In this document: in pieces, positions 1 to 9,104 of the stretch | How positions within the stretch are numbered: the stretch's first letter is position 1 | How the letters are laid out: each line of letters begins with the position of its first letter | From: an uncultured Bacteroidota bacterium | Lineage (GTDB): Bacteria > Bacteroidota > Bacteroidia > Bacteroidales > WCHB1-69 | Assembly (NCBI GenBank): GCA_902774175.1 | Contig: CACYHG010000033.1 | Span: forward strand, 6,885-70,884 | Direction: 5' to 3' | Length of the DNA: 64,000 bases | Made by a program: the position numbers and the translations under genes | Notes under the pieces: model-generated | Database searches by the model: none | What the model was told of the DNA's origin: nothing | What the model saw: the letters and a program-made list of their open reading frames with translations, nothing else

Positions 1-3000
1 AGGTGTATACGCCGGTGTCACAGTGGTCAACTGTGTCGGCAAAGAGATACAGCGGATTGGTATACAGGAAGAAGCGCACAATACTGTCACAGCCGTACTG
101 GCTCTTGAGGGTATCGATGTAACGTCCCTTGACAGTAAGTATGTGTCCGTTCCACTTGTAGTGTTCGTTTTCGCAAATCACCGCGAAGTCGTTGGTCATC
201 TGGATTGAATGCACCCGCACGCAGAGGCTGTACACACTGTCGCAGCCGGCTATCGTACGCAGGCTGTCGGTATAGTATCCAGGCTGAACCAGATGCCGAC
301 CACGCCAGTCATAGGTCTCCTCTCCGCAAAGGTCGACCGTATCCGCAAAATGGTAGGTCGGCAGCATGGTAAGCGACAAGACGAAGATGCTGTCACACCC
401 CATCATGGTTTTCAGGCTGTCGGTATAGACCCCGGACTGGCGGATGCGCCGTCCGTGCCACAGGAAATTATCATTCCCGCAGATTACCACCGTATCGGCG
501 AACAGGTAAACGGGATTGACCTGCAGCCGGATCCGGAACACACTGTCGCAGCCGTTTTTCGTTTTCAGACTGTCGGTATAGGAACCGGAAACTGTAAGTT
601 TGCGTCCGCGCCATTCATAGGAGCTGCCGTTGCAGATCTGCCGGTTTTCCTCAATCAGGTAGGACGGATGCACGGTCAGCTGGAGACTGAAGACACTGTC
701 GCACCCCCTCCAGGTTGTGAGGCTGTCCGTATAGAGCCCGCTCTCGGACAGGACACGTCCGCGCCACACATAGCGCTGCGGCGCGCAGACCTCAGCCTTT
801 TCGGCAGAAAGATAGACCGGCCATACCGACAGACGGAGCACAAATATGCTGTCGCAGCCATGCACCGTCTTAAGGCTGTCATAATAGACACCTGCCGTAC
901 GGAATTTGCGTCCGTGCCACATATAACTGCCGCCATCGCAAATCCCCATGGTATCCTCATGCAGGTAGGTCGGATGTACCCGCAGCCAGAGGCGGTACAC
1001 CTCCGGACAGCCATCTTCCGTAACAAGGCTGTCGACATAGCCTCCCTGACGGGTAAGCATTTTTCCGCGCCACGAATAATATCCGTTGTCGCAGATATCA
1101 ACAGTATCATAATAGAAATATGACTGACGGACATCCAGATGCAGTTTGAAAATACTGTCGCATCCGTGGATGGTCTTCAGGCTGTCGAAATAATCCCCCG
1201 CTTTTGTCAGGCTACGGCCACGCCACCTGTAGGTCTCATGGCTGCAAATTGAGGCTCCGGAGACAAACAGGTGTGTGGGATGCACACGCAAGAACATGGT
1301 GAAGACGCTGTCGCAGCCATACATTGTCTTAAGGCTGTCATAATAGAGACCCTGCTTCCGGCACCACTGCCCGCGCCATTTTATGGAATCGTTGTCGCAG
1401 ACATCGATGGTGTCACGCTTCAGCCAGGTGGGATGCACGCGCAGCAGAAGCCTGCACACACTGTCACAACCCCACACGCTCTTCAGGGTGTCGGTATAGG
1501 TGCCACTGAGGGTCAGGTCACGCCCATGCCACCGGTAAACGGAATGGTCACAAATGGCCGCCGTGTCAACACGCAGGTAGACAGGATGCAGCCGCACAAC
1601 CAGACGGAACACGCTGTCGCAGCCCTGGGAGGCCTTCAGGCTGTCCATGTAGACACCTGATTGCGTAATCCGCTTACCACGCCAGTCATAGGACTGTCCG
1701 CTGCAGCCGTCAAGGGTGTCCTCGTTCAGATAAACCGGATTCACCCTGAGATCCAGGCGGTAAATGCTGTCACAGCCATACATGCTCTTCAGACTGTCTG
1801 TATAGACACCCGGTTGGTTCAGTTTCCGTCCGCGCCAGTTATGGAAGTCATTGTTGCAGATAGGCACAATCTCTTCAAAAAGATATGAGGGCCGGACAAT
1901 CAGCAGCAGCCGGTACACGCTGTCGCAGCCGTGCCTCGTCTTAAGGCTGTCCGAATAAGTGCCGGGAGCGGTCAGCACCCGCCCGCGCCAAGTGTGGCTG
2001 CGTCCGTCGCATATTGCAAAGGTGTCCGTACGAAGGAAAGTGGCACGGACTGTCAGGTTCAGTTTGTAGACACTGTCGCAACCGGCAGAGGTCTTCAGGC
2101 TGTCCCAGAAGACATAAGAGCCCGCGGGACGTTTCCCAACTGATACCGAATGGCCTTTCCATACGTATGTTTCATTATCGCATATTTCAACGTTCTCAAC
2201 AAAGGAATGGTTCGGACGGACAGTGAGTGTCAGCTTGTAGACGCTGTCGCATCCATGCTTCGTCTTCAGGCTGTCCCATATCACATAGGAACCGGGAGCA
2301 CGCTGTCCGATTGCAACCGCATGACCTTTCCATGTATATGTCTCATGTGCGCAGACAGCAGCCTGCTCAGTATAGCTGTAAGTCGGATAGACGGTCAGCA
2401 GCAGTTTGAATACGCTGTCGCAACCGGCCTTGGTCTTCAAGCTGTCCCAATACTGGTAGCTGCCTGCAGCTTTTTTGCCGATTCCGACCGAATGACCCGG
2501 CCAGACGTAAAGTTCATTGTCGCAAATGGAGACCCGCTGTTCGGTATAATAGTACGGGCGCACGGTAAGATTAAGTTTGTACACACTGTCGCAACCGTAA
2601 CGGCTTTTCAGGCTGTCCCAGATCACATAGGAACCGGGGGCGCGCTGTCCGATGGCGACCGAGTGGCCCTTCCACACATATGTTTCGTTTGCACATACTG
2701 TTGCGGAATTCACAAACTGGTATTTTGGACGGACGGTAAGCAACAGTTTGAAGACGCTGTCGCAGCCGGCCTTGGTCTTCAGACTGTCCCAATAGGTGTG
2801 GTTCCCTGCAGAGGGTTGGACGATGGAGACCGAATGGCCTTTCCAGGTGTAAGGCTGCCCGTAACAGACGGTATCCTTCTTTTCAAAATAATATGTATTG
2901 TGCAGTTCAAGCACAAGCCTGTATACACTGTCGCAACCATGACGGTTCTTGAGGCTGTCCGCATAGGTGCCGGAGGCGTACAGACGCCGTCCGCGCCAAA

Positions 3001-3650
3001 TATACCCGTTGGAACTGCAAACACGGGCCGACTGGCTGTTCAGGAAACCGCTGTCCACAGTCAGGTATAGGATATGTGTGCTGTCACATCCGGCAACCGT
3101 CTGGTATTTTTTAGTATAGGTACCCGACACGGTGTAACTCCCACCCTGCCATGCATAGGAGCTTCCGGCACAAATGACCGCAGTGTCACGTTTGGTGTAG
3201 ACCGGATAGTTGAACACCCGCAGCTGGTAGACGCTGTCGCAATGGACCACCGGCGTATAGGACCATGTGTGCACGCCTGCGGAGGAGATGGTACGTCCAC
3301 GCCACTGGAAGGAGGTGTTGGCGCAACGCCACATCGTGTCCACCTGCAGGAAACGCGAACGGACAACAAGTGTCAGCTTGTAACGGTCCTTGCAGCCGTT
3401 CTTGTTCACCACACTGTCAAGATAGACACCTGGCTTGTTATAGTACTTCCCGCGCCAGTAGCAGCTGCCGTCCGAGCAGATAATCACGGTCTTCTCCTCG
3501 TTCTTTGTTGGGATCACACTCAGATTAAGCTGATAGACGCTATCGGAACCATCCTGATTTATAACAACATCCTTATAAGTGCCCGTTTCCGTGAAAACCT
3601 TGCCACGCCACCGGTAGACATCCCCTTGGCAAACCATGGCCGAGTCGATA
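1..3650 (-). repeat. About 23 tandem coding repeats of 153-171 bp (51-57 aa); consensus vCxxxxYxWxGxxxxxxGxYxDSLKxxxGCDSVYxLxLxV
   Basis: The + strand motif CTGTCGCA(G/A)CC (reverse complement encodes GCDS) recurs about every 153 bp from ~235 to ~1920 and from ~2928 to ~3540. It recurs about every 171 bp from ~2072 to ~2928. Example translated units: VCSSNGYIWRGRRLYASGTYADSLKNRHGCDSVYRLVLEL and VCANETYVWKGHSVAIGQRAPGSYVIWDSLKSRYGCDSVYKLNLTV. Confidence 0.8.
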
Positions 3651-4285
3651 TGTATGAATGACGGATGCACCACAAAGGTCAGGGAATCTTTGGTCCACAG
3701 CGCCCGTTTATCACCGGTCAGGCTATAGGCGTCCTTGTACTTGGCGCAGGCCATCGTACCGATGTAGCTGACCGTCGCCCCCTTCTGGGAATAGGTCTCT
3801 ATCACCACCTTGTAGGTGCCTGGCACGTTGAAGTGCATGTAGAGCATCGGCACCCTGCCACGGTTGCATTTCGGGGTGGCATGCCCGAACAGCTGCTTCC
3901 CCGACTCCGCATTGATGACACTGATGCTGAAACTGTGCGCCACCATGCCTGCAAAAGGGATGGTACGTGGAAAATCGAAGGTGCCGGAGTCGAAGTTGCC
4001 GAAGACATATTCGGTACCCGCCTGCCGGAGTTTCAGCATTGCCCAGCCATACTTGGACACGGTGTCAATCAGCACGCCGTTGTGGTAGATCTTATAGTCG
4101 ATGGAAATCATGGAATCATGGTTGCCGTTCGCGTAAAGGCTGTCCGCAATGAAGGCGGAATCGTGCAGATTGTGCTGCGGTATCATTTTAAAGAAATGAA
4201 CCGGCGCGGTTGTAGCGTTCTGCGCTTTCAGCCCTGTTGCTGCCAACAACATGATTGACAGTGTGAAAAAGAAAAATTTTCTCAT
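1..4285 (-). CDS. Secreted cysteine-rich tandem-repeat protein; 5' end in window, runs off the left edge (at least 1428 codons)
   Basis: The minus-strand frame starts at ATG 4285 (MRKFFFFTLSIMLLAATGLKAQN..., signal-peptide-like). I hand-translated 4285 down to ~2500 and 300 down to ~180 and found no stop, and no other ORF in the track shares this frame. It is absent from the ORF track because it does not terminate inside the window. The + strand ORFs at 23..4258 are antisense shadows of it. Confidence 0.8.
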   Translation of the reverse strand, partial: MRKFFFFTLSIMLLAATGLKAQNATTAPVHFFKMIPQHNLHDSAFIADSLYANGNHDSMISIDYKIYHNGVLIDTVSKYGWAMLKLRQAGTEYVFGNFDSGTFDFPRTIPFAGMVAHSFSISVINAESGKQLFGHATPKCNRGRVPMLYMHFNVPGTYKVVIETYSQKGATVSYIGTMACAKYKDAYSLTGDKRALWTKDSLTFVVHPSFIHIDSAMVCQGDVYRWRGKVFTETGTYKDVVINQDGSDSVYQLNLSVIPTKNEEKTVIICSDGSCYWRGKYYNKPGVYLDSVVNKNGCKDRYKLTLVVRSRFLQVDTMWRCANTSFQWRGRTISSAGVHTWSYTPVVHCDSVYQLRVFNYPVYTKRDTAVICAGSSYAWQGGSYTVSGTYTKKYQTVAGCDSTHILYLTVDSGFLNSQSARVCSSNGYIWRGRRLYASGTYADSLKNRHGCDSVYRLVLELHNTYYFEKKDTVCYGQPYTWKGHSVSIVQPSAGNHTYWDSLKTKAGCDSVFKLLLTVRPKYQFVNSATVCANETYVWKGHSVAIGQRAPGSYVIWDSLKSRYGCDSVYKLNLTVRPYYYTEQRVSICDNELYVWPGHSVGIGKKAAGSYQYWDSLKTKAGCDSVFKLLLTVYPTYSYTEQAAVCAHETYTWKGHAVAIGQRAPGSYVIWDSLKTKHGCDSVYKLTLTVRPNHSFVENVEICDNETYVWKGHSVSVGKRPAGSYVFWDSLKTSAGCDSVYKLNLTVRATFLRTDTFAICDGRSHTWRGRVLTAPGTYSDSLKTRHGCDSVYRLLLIVRPSYLFEEIVPICNNDFHNWRGRKLNQPGVYTDSLKSMYGCDSIYRLDLRVNPVYLNEDTLDGCSGQSYDWRGKRITQSGVYMDSLKASQGCDSVFRLVVRLHPVYLRVDTAAICDHSVYRWHGRDLTLSGTYTDTLKSVWGCDSVCRLLLRVHPTWLKRDTIDVCDNDSIKWRGQWCRKQGLYYDSLKTMYGCDSVFTMFLRVHPTHLFVSGASICSHETYRWRGRSLTKAGDYFDSLKTIHGCDSIFKLHLDVRQSYFYYDTVDICDNGYYSWRGKMLTRQGGYVDSLVTEDGCPEVYRLWLRVHPTYLHEDTMGICDGGSYMWHGRKFRTAGVYYDSLKTVHGCDSIFVLRLSVWPVYLSAEKAEVCAPQRYVWRGRVLSESGLYTDSLTTWRGCDSVFSLQLTVHPSYLIEENRQICNGSSYEWRGRKLTVSGSYTDSLKTKNGCDSVFRIRLQVNPVYLFADTVVICGNDNFLWHGRRIRQSGVYTDSLKTMMGCDSIFVLSLTMLPTYHFADTVDLCGEETYDWRGRHLVQPGYYTDSLRTIAGCDSVYSLCVRVHSIQMTNDFAVICENEHYKWNGHILTVKGRYIDTLKSQYGCDSIVRFFLYTNPLYLFADTVDHCDTGVYT

Positions 4286-4311
4286 GTTCAGAATCGATTT
4301 TTACAAAAATG

Positions 4312-4319
4312 CAAAAGTA
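4312..4319 (-). promoter_or_regulatory. Bacteroidetes -7 box TACTTTTG for the repeat-protein gene
   Basis: Matches TAnnTTTG and ends 26 nt upstream of ATG 4285 on the minus strand. Confidence 0.5.
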
Positions 4320-4411
4320 GCATTTTATTCAATACAAAATGCAATGTGAAAAGATTTTCACATTTATTTTACTGTTTTCCAAAATGATTATGCAGTTGAG
4401 GCCGCCGTTGT

Positions 4412-7291
4412 TCAGTTCAGCCACCGGTACAGCAGCTCCACAGGATGCAGTGCCTGCACGCCGGTGCCATCCTTTATCTGCTGCCGGCAGGAGGTGCCTG
4501 GAGCCAGCACCACAGCCGGTTTGGCACTGTCCGCACCCACAGCCTTGCGCACCGCCGGAAAGAGCACCATCTCCCCTATTGCCAGCGAGGTGCGGTAATG
4601 CTCCTTCTCGTAGCCGAATGAGCCGGCCATTCCGCAGCATCCGCTCGGAATAACATGCACATCCGCCCCCTTCAGCAGCCGCAGCGCGGCGACAGTCTTA
4701 TCCACACCGACAAGCGCCTTCTGGTGGCAATGGCCGTGCAGCCAAATCTCCACCTCATCCGCTTTGAAATCCTCGGAGGTGATCCTTCCCGCCTCCATTT
4801 CCCGAACCAGGAACTCGTCAAACAGCAGGCAGTTCCTTGCAAGCTGCTGCGCCGGACGGCGCATTTCGGGCGGAAGCAAATCGGGATATTCATCGCGGAA
4901 CGAGAGGATGCAGGAGGGTTCGATGCCCACTAACGGGGTTTCATCCGTCACCTTATCCTTCAACAAGTTGAAATTTTTCAGGGCAAACTTTTTCGCCAAA
5001 CGGAGGCAGCCTTTTGAGATGGCGGCGCGACCGCTCTCAACATGGCGCGGTATCGCGACCTCATAGCCCAATCCGAGCAGCAGGCGTGCAAAGGTGAAGC
5101 CAAGCTCCGCCTCCTGAAAATTGGTGAACTCGTCCGCGAAGAGCCACACCTTGCCTTTCGGATGCTCCGGAGAGGCTTTCCGGCACTCGCGGCGCACCAG
5201 CATCCGCATAGTTTTACGGCTGAGTGTGGGGATCTGCCGCTCCGTCGAAAAGCGGATAATTTTCTTTATCAGAAATGAGGAGAGTGACCAGGAGGCAAAA
5301 AAGTTGTACAGCGGCCAGACAATATGGCCAATCCGGGCGACCGCGAAGGAGCGTAACGGCGTTCCCTTGCGGTCATATATCTGCTGCAGCACCTCCGCCC
5401 GTATCCGAGTCATATCCACATTGGAGGGGCACTCGCTGCGGCAGGCCTTGCATGCTAAGCAGGAATCCAGCACCTCCTTCACCTCAGGCGCTTCAAAACC
5501 TTCGCCATTGGTGAGGCATTCGCGCAGCACGTTGGCGCGGGCGCGGGTCGCCTTCAGCTCGTCGCCGGAAACCTTGAAGGCGGGACAGAGCGTGCCGCCC
5601 ATCCTTACCCCTTTGCGGCAGTCGCCTGCACCGTTGCACTGCTCGATGGAGCACATCAGGGCATGCTGCTGGGAGCGCACGCCGGATGCGCCCTCCACCC
5701 TGCACTCGTCAAAGGCGGCGCGCCAGTTAAAATAGGTCCTATTTTGTTTTTTACTTTTCTTTTCAATTACATAAGTCTGTCCCACCGCATAGCGCATCCA
5801 TTCGTCCATGGGCGGCGTGCCAGTGATTTTTCCGGGATTGAACAGCCCCTCCGGATCCCAGCATTGCTTGACCTCGCACATCATGCGGTAGCATTCCTCC
5901 CCATACATCAGGGGAATGAACTCCCCGCGCAGACGGCCGTCGCCATGTTCGCCGCTGAGGCTTCCGCGATGTTTGCGAACCAGCAGAGCGGTCTCCTCCG
6001 CCACCTCGCGGAACTTCGCCCGCCCCTCCGCTGTTTTCAGGTTCAGGATGGGACGCAGGTGCAGCTCGCCGGTGCCGATGTGGCCATAATAGACGCAGTC
6101 CAGCCCGATCCGCGACATCATCGCCATGAAGTCGGCCATATAGGCGGGCAGCCGCTCCGGAGCAACAGCCGTATCCTCAATAACACCAACCGGCTTGGCA
6201 TCGCCCTTCATGCCGCTGAGCACACCCAGTCCGGCCTTGCGCAACGCCCACACTCGGGAGACATCCGCACCGTAAACGCGGGTGCAGACCGAGGCCAACC
6301 CGTTTTCCACCAGCTCCTTTTCCAAGGCATCCGCCGCCAGCTCCCCATCCTGGCCGTTGAACTCGGCAATCAGCAGCGCGGCCGGGTCGCCTTCAACGAA
6401 GAAGCGGTTTTTCTCCGCCGAGGCATTGCCTTTGCCCAGCTCCAATATCTTTCCATCCATCAGTTCCACTGCCACCGGATTGTGTTTCAGTGCTGTCAGA
6501 TTGGCCTTGAAACTATCCTCCAACGAATGGCAGTGGGCGCACAGCACCATCTGCTCCTTTGGAGGGAGCGGGTCAAGCGAAACCTTGATTTCTGTAATAA
6601 AACAGAGCGTGCCCTCAGAACCGCAGATAAGTTTGCAAAGGTCAATGTCATCCTCAATCGCCTCGTCGATGGCATATCCGCAACTACGACGGCGCAGGGT
6701 CCTGTCGGGGAAACAATCTTCAATCAGTTTCCTTTTTGATGAATCGTCCCTCCATGCTTCAAGCTGGGCGTAAATCCGATTCTCAAGTTCACCGTCACCA
6801 CGCAGGGCTGTGTCAAAGAAAGAGCCGTCCGACAAATATCCCTTGAGCTGCAGCATATGGTGGCGGGTGGAACCATAAACCAACGAATGGGTTCCGCAAG
6901 AGTTGTTGCCCACCATGCCGCCTATGCAGCAGCGGTTGCTGGTTGAGGTCTCCGGACTGAAAAAGAGCCCGTATGGCTGCAATGCGAGGTTCAGTTCGTC
7001 GCGCACCACGCCCGGCTGCACCCACGCCCAGCGTTCCTCCGCATTCACCTCCAATATTTTGGTGAAATGGCGGCTGATGTCCACAACCAGGCCCTCCCCC
7101 ACCACCTGACCGGCGATGGAGGTGCCGCCCGCTCGGGGAATCAGGCTGATACCCTTTTCCCGCGCATAGCGGATAAGCTCACGGATATCCTCTTCATTTT
7201 CCGGATAGGCGACGCCATACGGCATTTCCCGGTATACGCTGGCATCCGTGGCATAGGCTATCCGGTGCAACCGGTCAGTATGGATCACCAT
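4412..7291 (-). CDS. FAD-linked oxidase fused to 4Fe-4S and cysteine-rich (CCG) domains; YdiJ / GlcD-GlcF-like 2-hydroxyacid dehydrogenase
   Basis: 959 aa. The N-terminus has an FAD-binding PCMH-type motif (RAGGTSIAGQ). The middle has ferredoxin-type cysteine clusters (CNGAGDC, CLACKACRSECP). The C-terminus has CCG motifs (PSGCCGMAGSFG). Confidence 0.85.
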   Translation of the reverse strand: MVIHTDRLHRIAYATDASVYREMPYGVAYPENEEDIRELIRYAREKGISLIPRAGGTSIAGQVVGEGLVVDISRHFTKILEVNAEERWAWVQPGVVRDELNLALQPYGLFFSPETSTSNRCCIGGMVGNNSCGTHSLVYGSTRHHMLQLKGYLSDGSFFDTALRGDGELENRIYAQLEAWRDDSSKRKLIEDCFPDRTLRRRSCGYAIDEAIEDDIDLCKLICGSEGTLCFITEIKVSLDPLPPKEQMVLCAHCHSLEDSFKANLTALKHNPVAVELMDGKILELGKGNASAEKNRFFVEGDPAALLIAEFNGQDGELAADALEKELVENGLASVCTRVYGADVSRVWALRKAGLGVLSGMKGDAKPVGVIEDTAVAPERLPAYMADFMAMMSRIGLDCVYYGHIGTGELHLRPILNLKTAEGRAKFREVAEETALLVRKHRGSLSGEHGDGRLRGEFIPLMYGEECYRMMCEVKQCWDPEGLFNPGKITGTPPMDEWMRYAVGQTYVIEKKSKKQNRTYFNWRAAFDECRVEGASGVRSQQHALMCSIEQCNGAGDCRKGVRMGGTLCPAFKVSGDELKATRARANVLRECLTNGEGFEAPEVKEVLDSCLACKACRSECPSNVDMTRIRAEVLQQIYDRKGTPLRSFAVARIGHIVWPLYNFFASWSLSSFLIKKIIRFSTERQIPTLSRKTMRMLVRRECRKASPEHPKGKVWLFADEFTNFQEAELGFTFARLLLGLGYEVAIPRHVESGRAAISKGCLRLAKKFALKNFNLLKDKVTDETPLVGIEPSCILSFRDEYPDLLPPEMRRPAQQLARNCLLFDEFLVREMEAGRITSEDFKADEVEIWLHGHCHQKALVGVDKTVAALRLLKGADVHVIPSGCCGMAGSFGYEKEHYRTSLAIGEMVLFPAVRKAVGADSAKPAVVLAPGTSCRQQIKDGTGVQALHPVELLYRWLN

Positions 7292-7818
7292 TCGAACGCG
7301 AAACGGAGTGATACGTTCGACAGGTTGGCATCCTCCCTGTGATAGCCCTCCTCCTCATACACATAGATGACATCTTCCAATGTGGTGAGGTATGAGGCGG
7401 CAACCATGATGGAAAAGGCGAATTTCTTGGGTGTGCCGAAACGCAGGCCGAAGGCCGCGTCCGCGTACTGGCCGCTCCCTTCGCCTATGTAATAGCCGAG
7501 CCTCACCTGACCGAAAGGCAGAATGCGCTTTTCGGTGAAGTTGTAACGGAACGAGGTGTAGATAGGCAGGACGAAGGCGTTCTTGTTCCAGAGGAAAGAG
7601 AAACCGGCCCCGACAAAGACGTTGCTGTTGAACTGGCAGCCGTGCGTCGTACCTAATGAGAAGGTGTTCATCCCATCCTTGAAGGCGAAGGCGTTGGATT
7701 GGTCCAAAAAGCCGACATAACCTGTCCTGATTGTGTAGTCGTCCTGTGCGGAAAGCGTTCCGCAAAACATCACGCCGCAGAGAAAGAGCGGCAACAAAAG
7801 CAACTGTTTTCTATTCAT
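7285..7818 (-). CDS. Small outer-membrane beta-barrel-like protein with signal peptide
   Basis: 177 aa. MNRKQLLLLPLFLCGVMFCGTLSAQ is followed by alternating aromatic/glycine beta-strand-like segments. The 3' end overlaps the start of the downstream gene by 7 nt. Confidence 0.6.
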   Translation of the reverse strand: MNRKQLLLLPLFLCGVMFCGTLSAQDDYTIRTGYVGFLDQSNAFAFKDGMNTFSLGTTHGCQFNSNVFVGAGFSFLWNKNAFVLPIYTSFRYNFTEKRILPFGQVRLGYYIGEGSGQYADAAFGLRFGTPKKFAFSIMVAASYLTTLEDVIYVYEEEGYHREDANLSNVSLRFAFEW

Positions 7819-8114
7819 AACACATAATTTTTAGTTTCAAAAACAACAATTCAGGTTGTGCAAACGCCGCATTGGGGATTTTATTGCGCAATATACGGAA
7901 GTTTTTTTGAAATGGGGTGAGAAACCTATCGGACACCGCAGTCATTACATGGATTTTCCTGCATTCCGGCCGTCAAAATTTCGGGGAAAATGGGTTTTTG
8001 GAGGAAAAAAATTTCGGGGAAAGTTGATTTAATTCGAATAACAACTTGATAAACAATCAGAAATGATAAAAGATACAGCGTATATCCCCGCCTTCATGAC
8101 CATGTTGTTGTAAA

Positions 8115-8159
8115 AAGAGAAAAAAGATGCCTGGTAGAGATGCGATTAATCGCGTCTCT
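8115..8159 (-). terminator. Intrinsic-terminator-like palindrome followed by a T-tract (read on the minus strand)
   Basis: Minus strand reads AGAGACGCGATTAATCGCATCTCT (12-bp stem with one G.U pair, 8136-8159), then ACCAGGCATCTTTTTTCTCTTTTT. It lies downstream of the minus-strand genes at 8368-9713. Confidence 0.5.
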
Positions 8160-8367
8160 GACTCATCGGGACGATGGAGTTTTTTGATAACGTTTCCTGT
8201 TGATCACCTTCCAAAGGGAATCGTTCCGGCTACAGCACCAATGCTGTGACACATATGATTCTACGGATTATGTTCTGTTTCATGGATTTTATGGTGTAAA
8301 GAATTGCTAAATTTTTGTGTTTAACGCCACCCTTCCGTTTATTGTTCAGGGTGTTCAAAAAAAATCA

Positions 8368-8550
8368 TCATACGTCCATTCCGCCACATTTTGTCCTGCC
8401 AGGCAAACGGCATGGAATTATCGTTGAATCCCGTTCCATCCGGAGCAGTTGCATTTTCCGGTCGATGCCGGCGGCATAGCCTGTCAGTGCGCCGTCCGCG
8501 GCCAAGGTGATGCCGCCGAGCGGCGATTCGTAACGGGTGATGTAATCCAT
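8368..8550 (-). pseudogene. Internally deleted methylated-DNA-protein-cysteine methyltransferase (Ogt/MGMT) remnant
   Basis: 60 aa. MDYITRYESPLGGITLAADG-ALTG resembles an MGMT N-terminal domain start. It is fused directly to YAAGIDRKMQLLRMER, which resembles the MGMT extreme C-terminus (..LTGYAGG..RK..LL..E). The PCHR active-site region is absent. Confidence 0.55.
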
Positions 8551-8560
8551 ATAATTGTGG

Positions 8561-9100
8561 TTATTGGGCGGCTGAAGAGGACTGCCCGTTAATTTGATGA
8601 TGACGCTGGAATGCCTTTAACCGCTCGTTCATCAAATCGCACAATGTTTGGGGCTTTATGGTCAGACCGCCGGCAGGAATGCTTTCCTGTGCACGTGCTA
8701 TTTTTTCATTTGCTTTCCGAATCAAACGTTCAAATTGTTTGGCATTGTCCATTTTTTTCTCCCTTACCCCCTTTTTATAGCGGATGCCTATCTGTTTGGT
8801 TTTTGAAATATCAATGATAAAAAACGCATTCACATCTTCAAAACGCACTTCAAAACTTTTTCCAGAACTTACAGAAACACCATTGTCTGTGATAACAATG
8901 CAAGGAGTGCCTGTTATTCTTTCTTTCAGGATTAAATATACCATGAAAAGTCCGCCACCGCCGAAAAACAATATTCCTAACCATTTTATCAGCTGTTTAT
9001 TTTCGAAATCCATCAAGAAAAAACCTGCCGTAAAGGCAAAACTTGATGCGATAAAGAGAAGATTTTTCCACAAAGAATGATACACCCTGACCTCTTCCAT
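8561..9100 (-). CDS. Hypothetical membrane protein (two N-terminal TM helices plus a soluble tail)
   Basis: 179 aa. Hydrophobic segments LLFIASSFAFTAGFFL and LGILFFGGGGLFMVYLIL. Region looks AT-richer by eye. I recognised no family. Confidence 0.5.
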   Translation of the reverse strand: MEEVRVYHSLWKNLLFIASSFAFTAGFFLMDFENKQLIKWLGILFFGGGGLFMVYLILKERITGTPCIVITDNGVSVSSGKSFEVRFEDVNAFFIIDISKTKQIGIRYKKGVREKKMDNAKQFERLIRKANEKIARAQESIPAGGLTIKPQTLCDLMNERLKAFQRHHQINGQSSSAAQ

Positions 9101-9104
9101 AATG

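Noticed and set aside
23-4258. Series of + strand ORFs (for example 209..1123, 2150..3070, 3074..3661, 3665..4258) with odd, repetitive, low-complexity translations
   Set aside because: They are antisense shadows of the long minus-strand repeat-protein ORF. That ORF has a signal peptide, a promoter box and a coherent repeat consensus. The + frames have no start context or recognisable motifs.
5663-6739. Long ORFs lying opposite well-supported genes. Examples: 5663..6739+, 11345..12331-, 12518..13405-, 16446..17456-, 33948..34880+, 37205..38542+, 44077..45192+, 45455..46327-, 49998..51440+ and 62238..63116+
   Set aside because: These are typical high-GC shadow ORFs. Each is fully nested antisense to a gene with clear family motifs, and their translations are R/A/G/H-rich with no motifs.
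7819-8367. 550-bp gene-free region screened by eye for tRNA, sRNA or a riboswitch
   Set aside because: I saw no cloverleaf-compatible arms or known riboswitch cores. There are only short hairpins and the repeated AAATTTCGGGGAAA motif, and I cannot support an RNA gene call without covariance-model searches.
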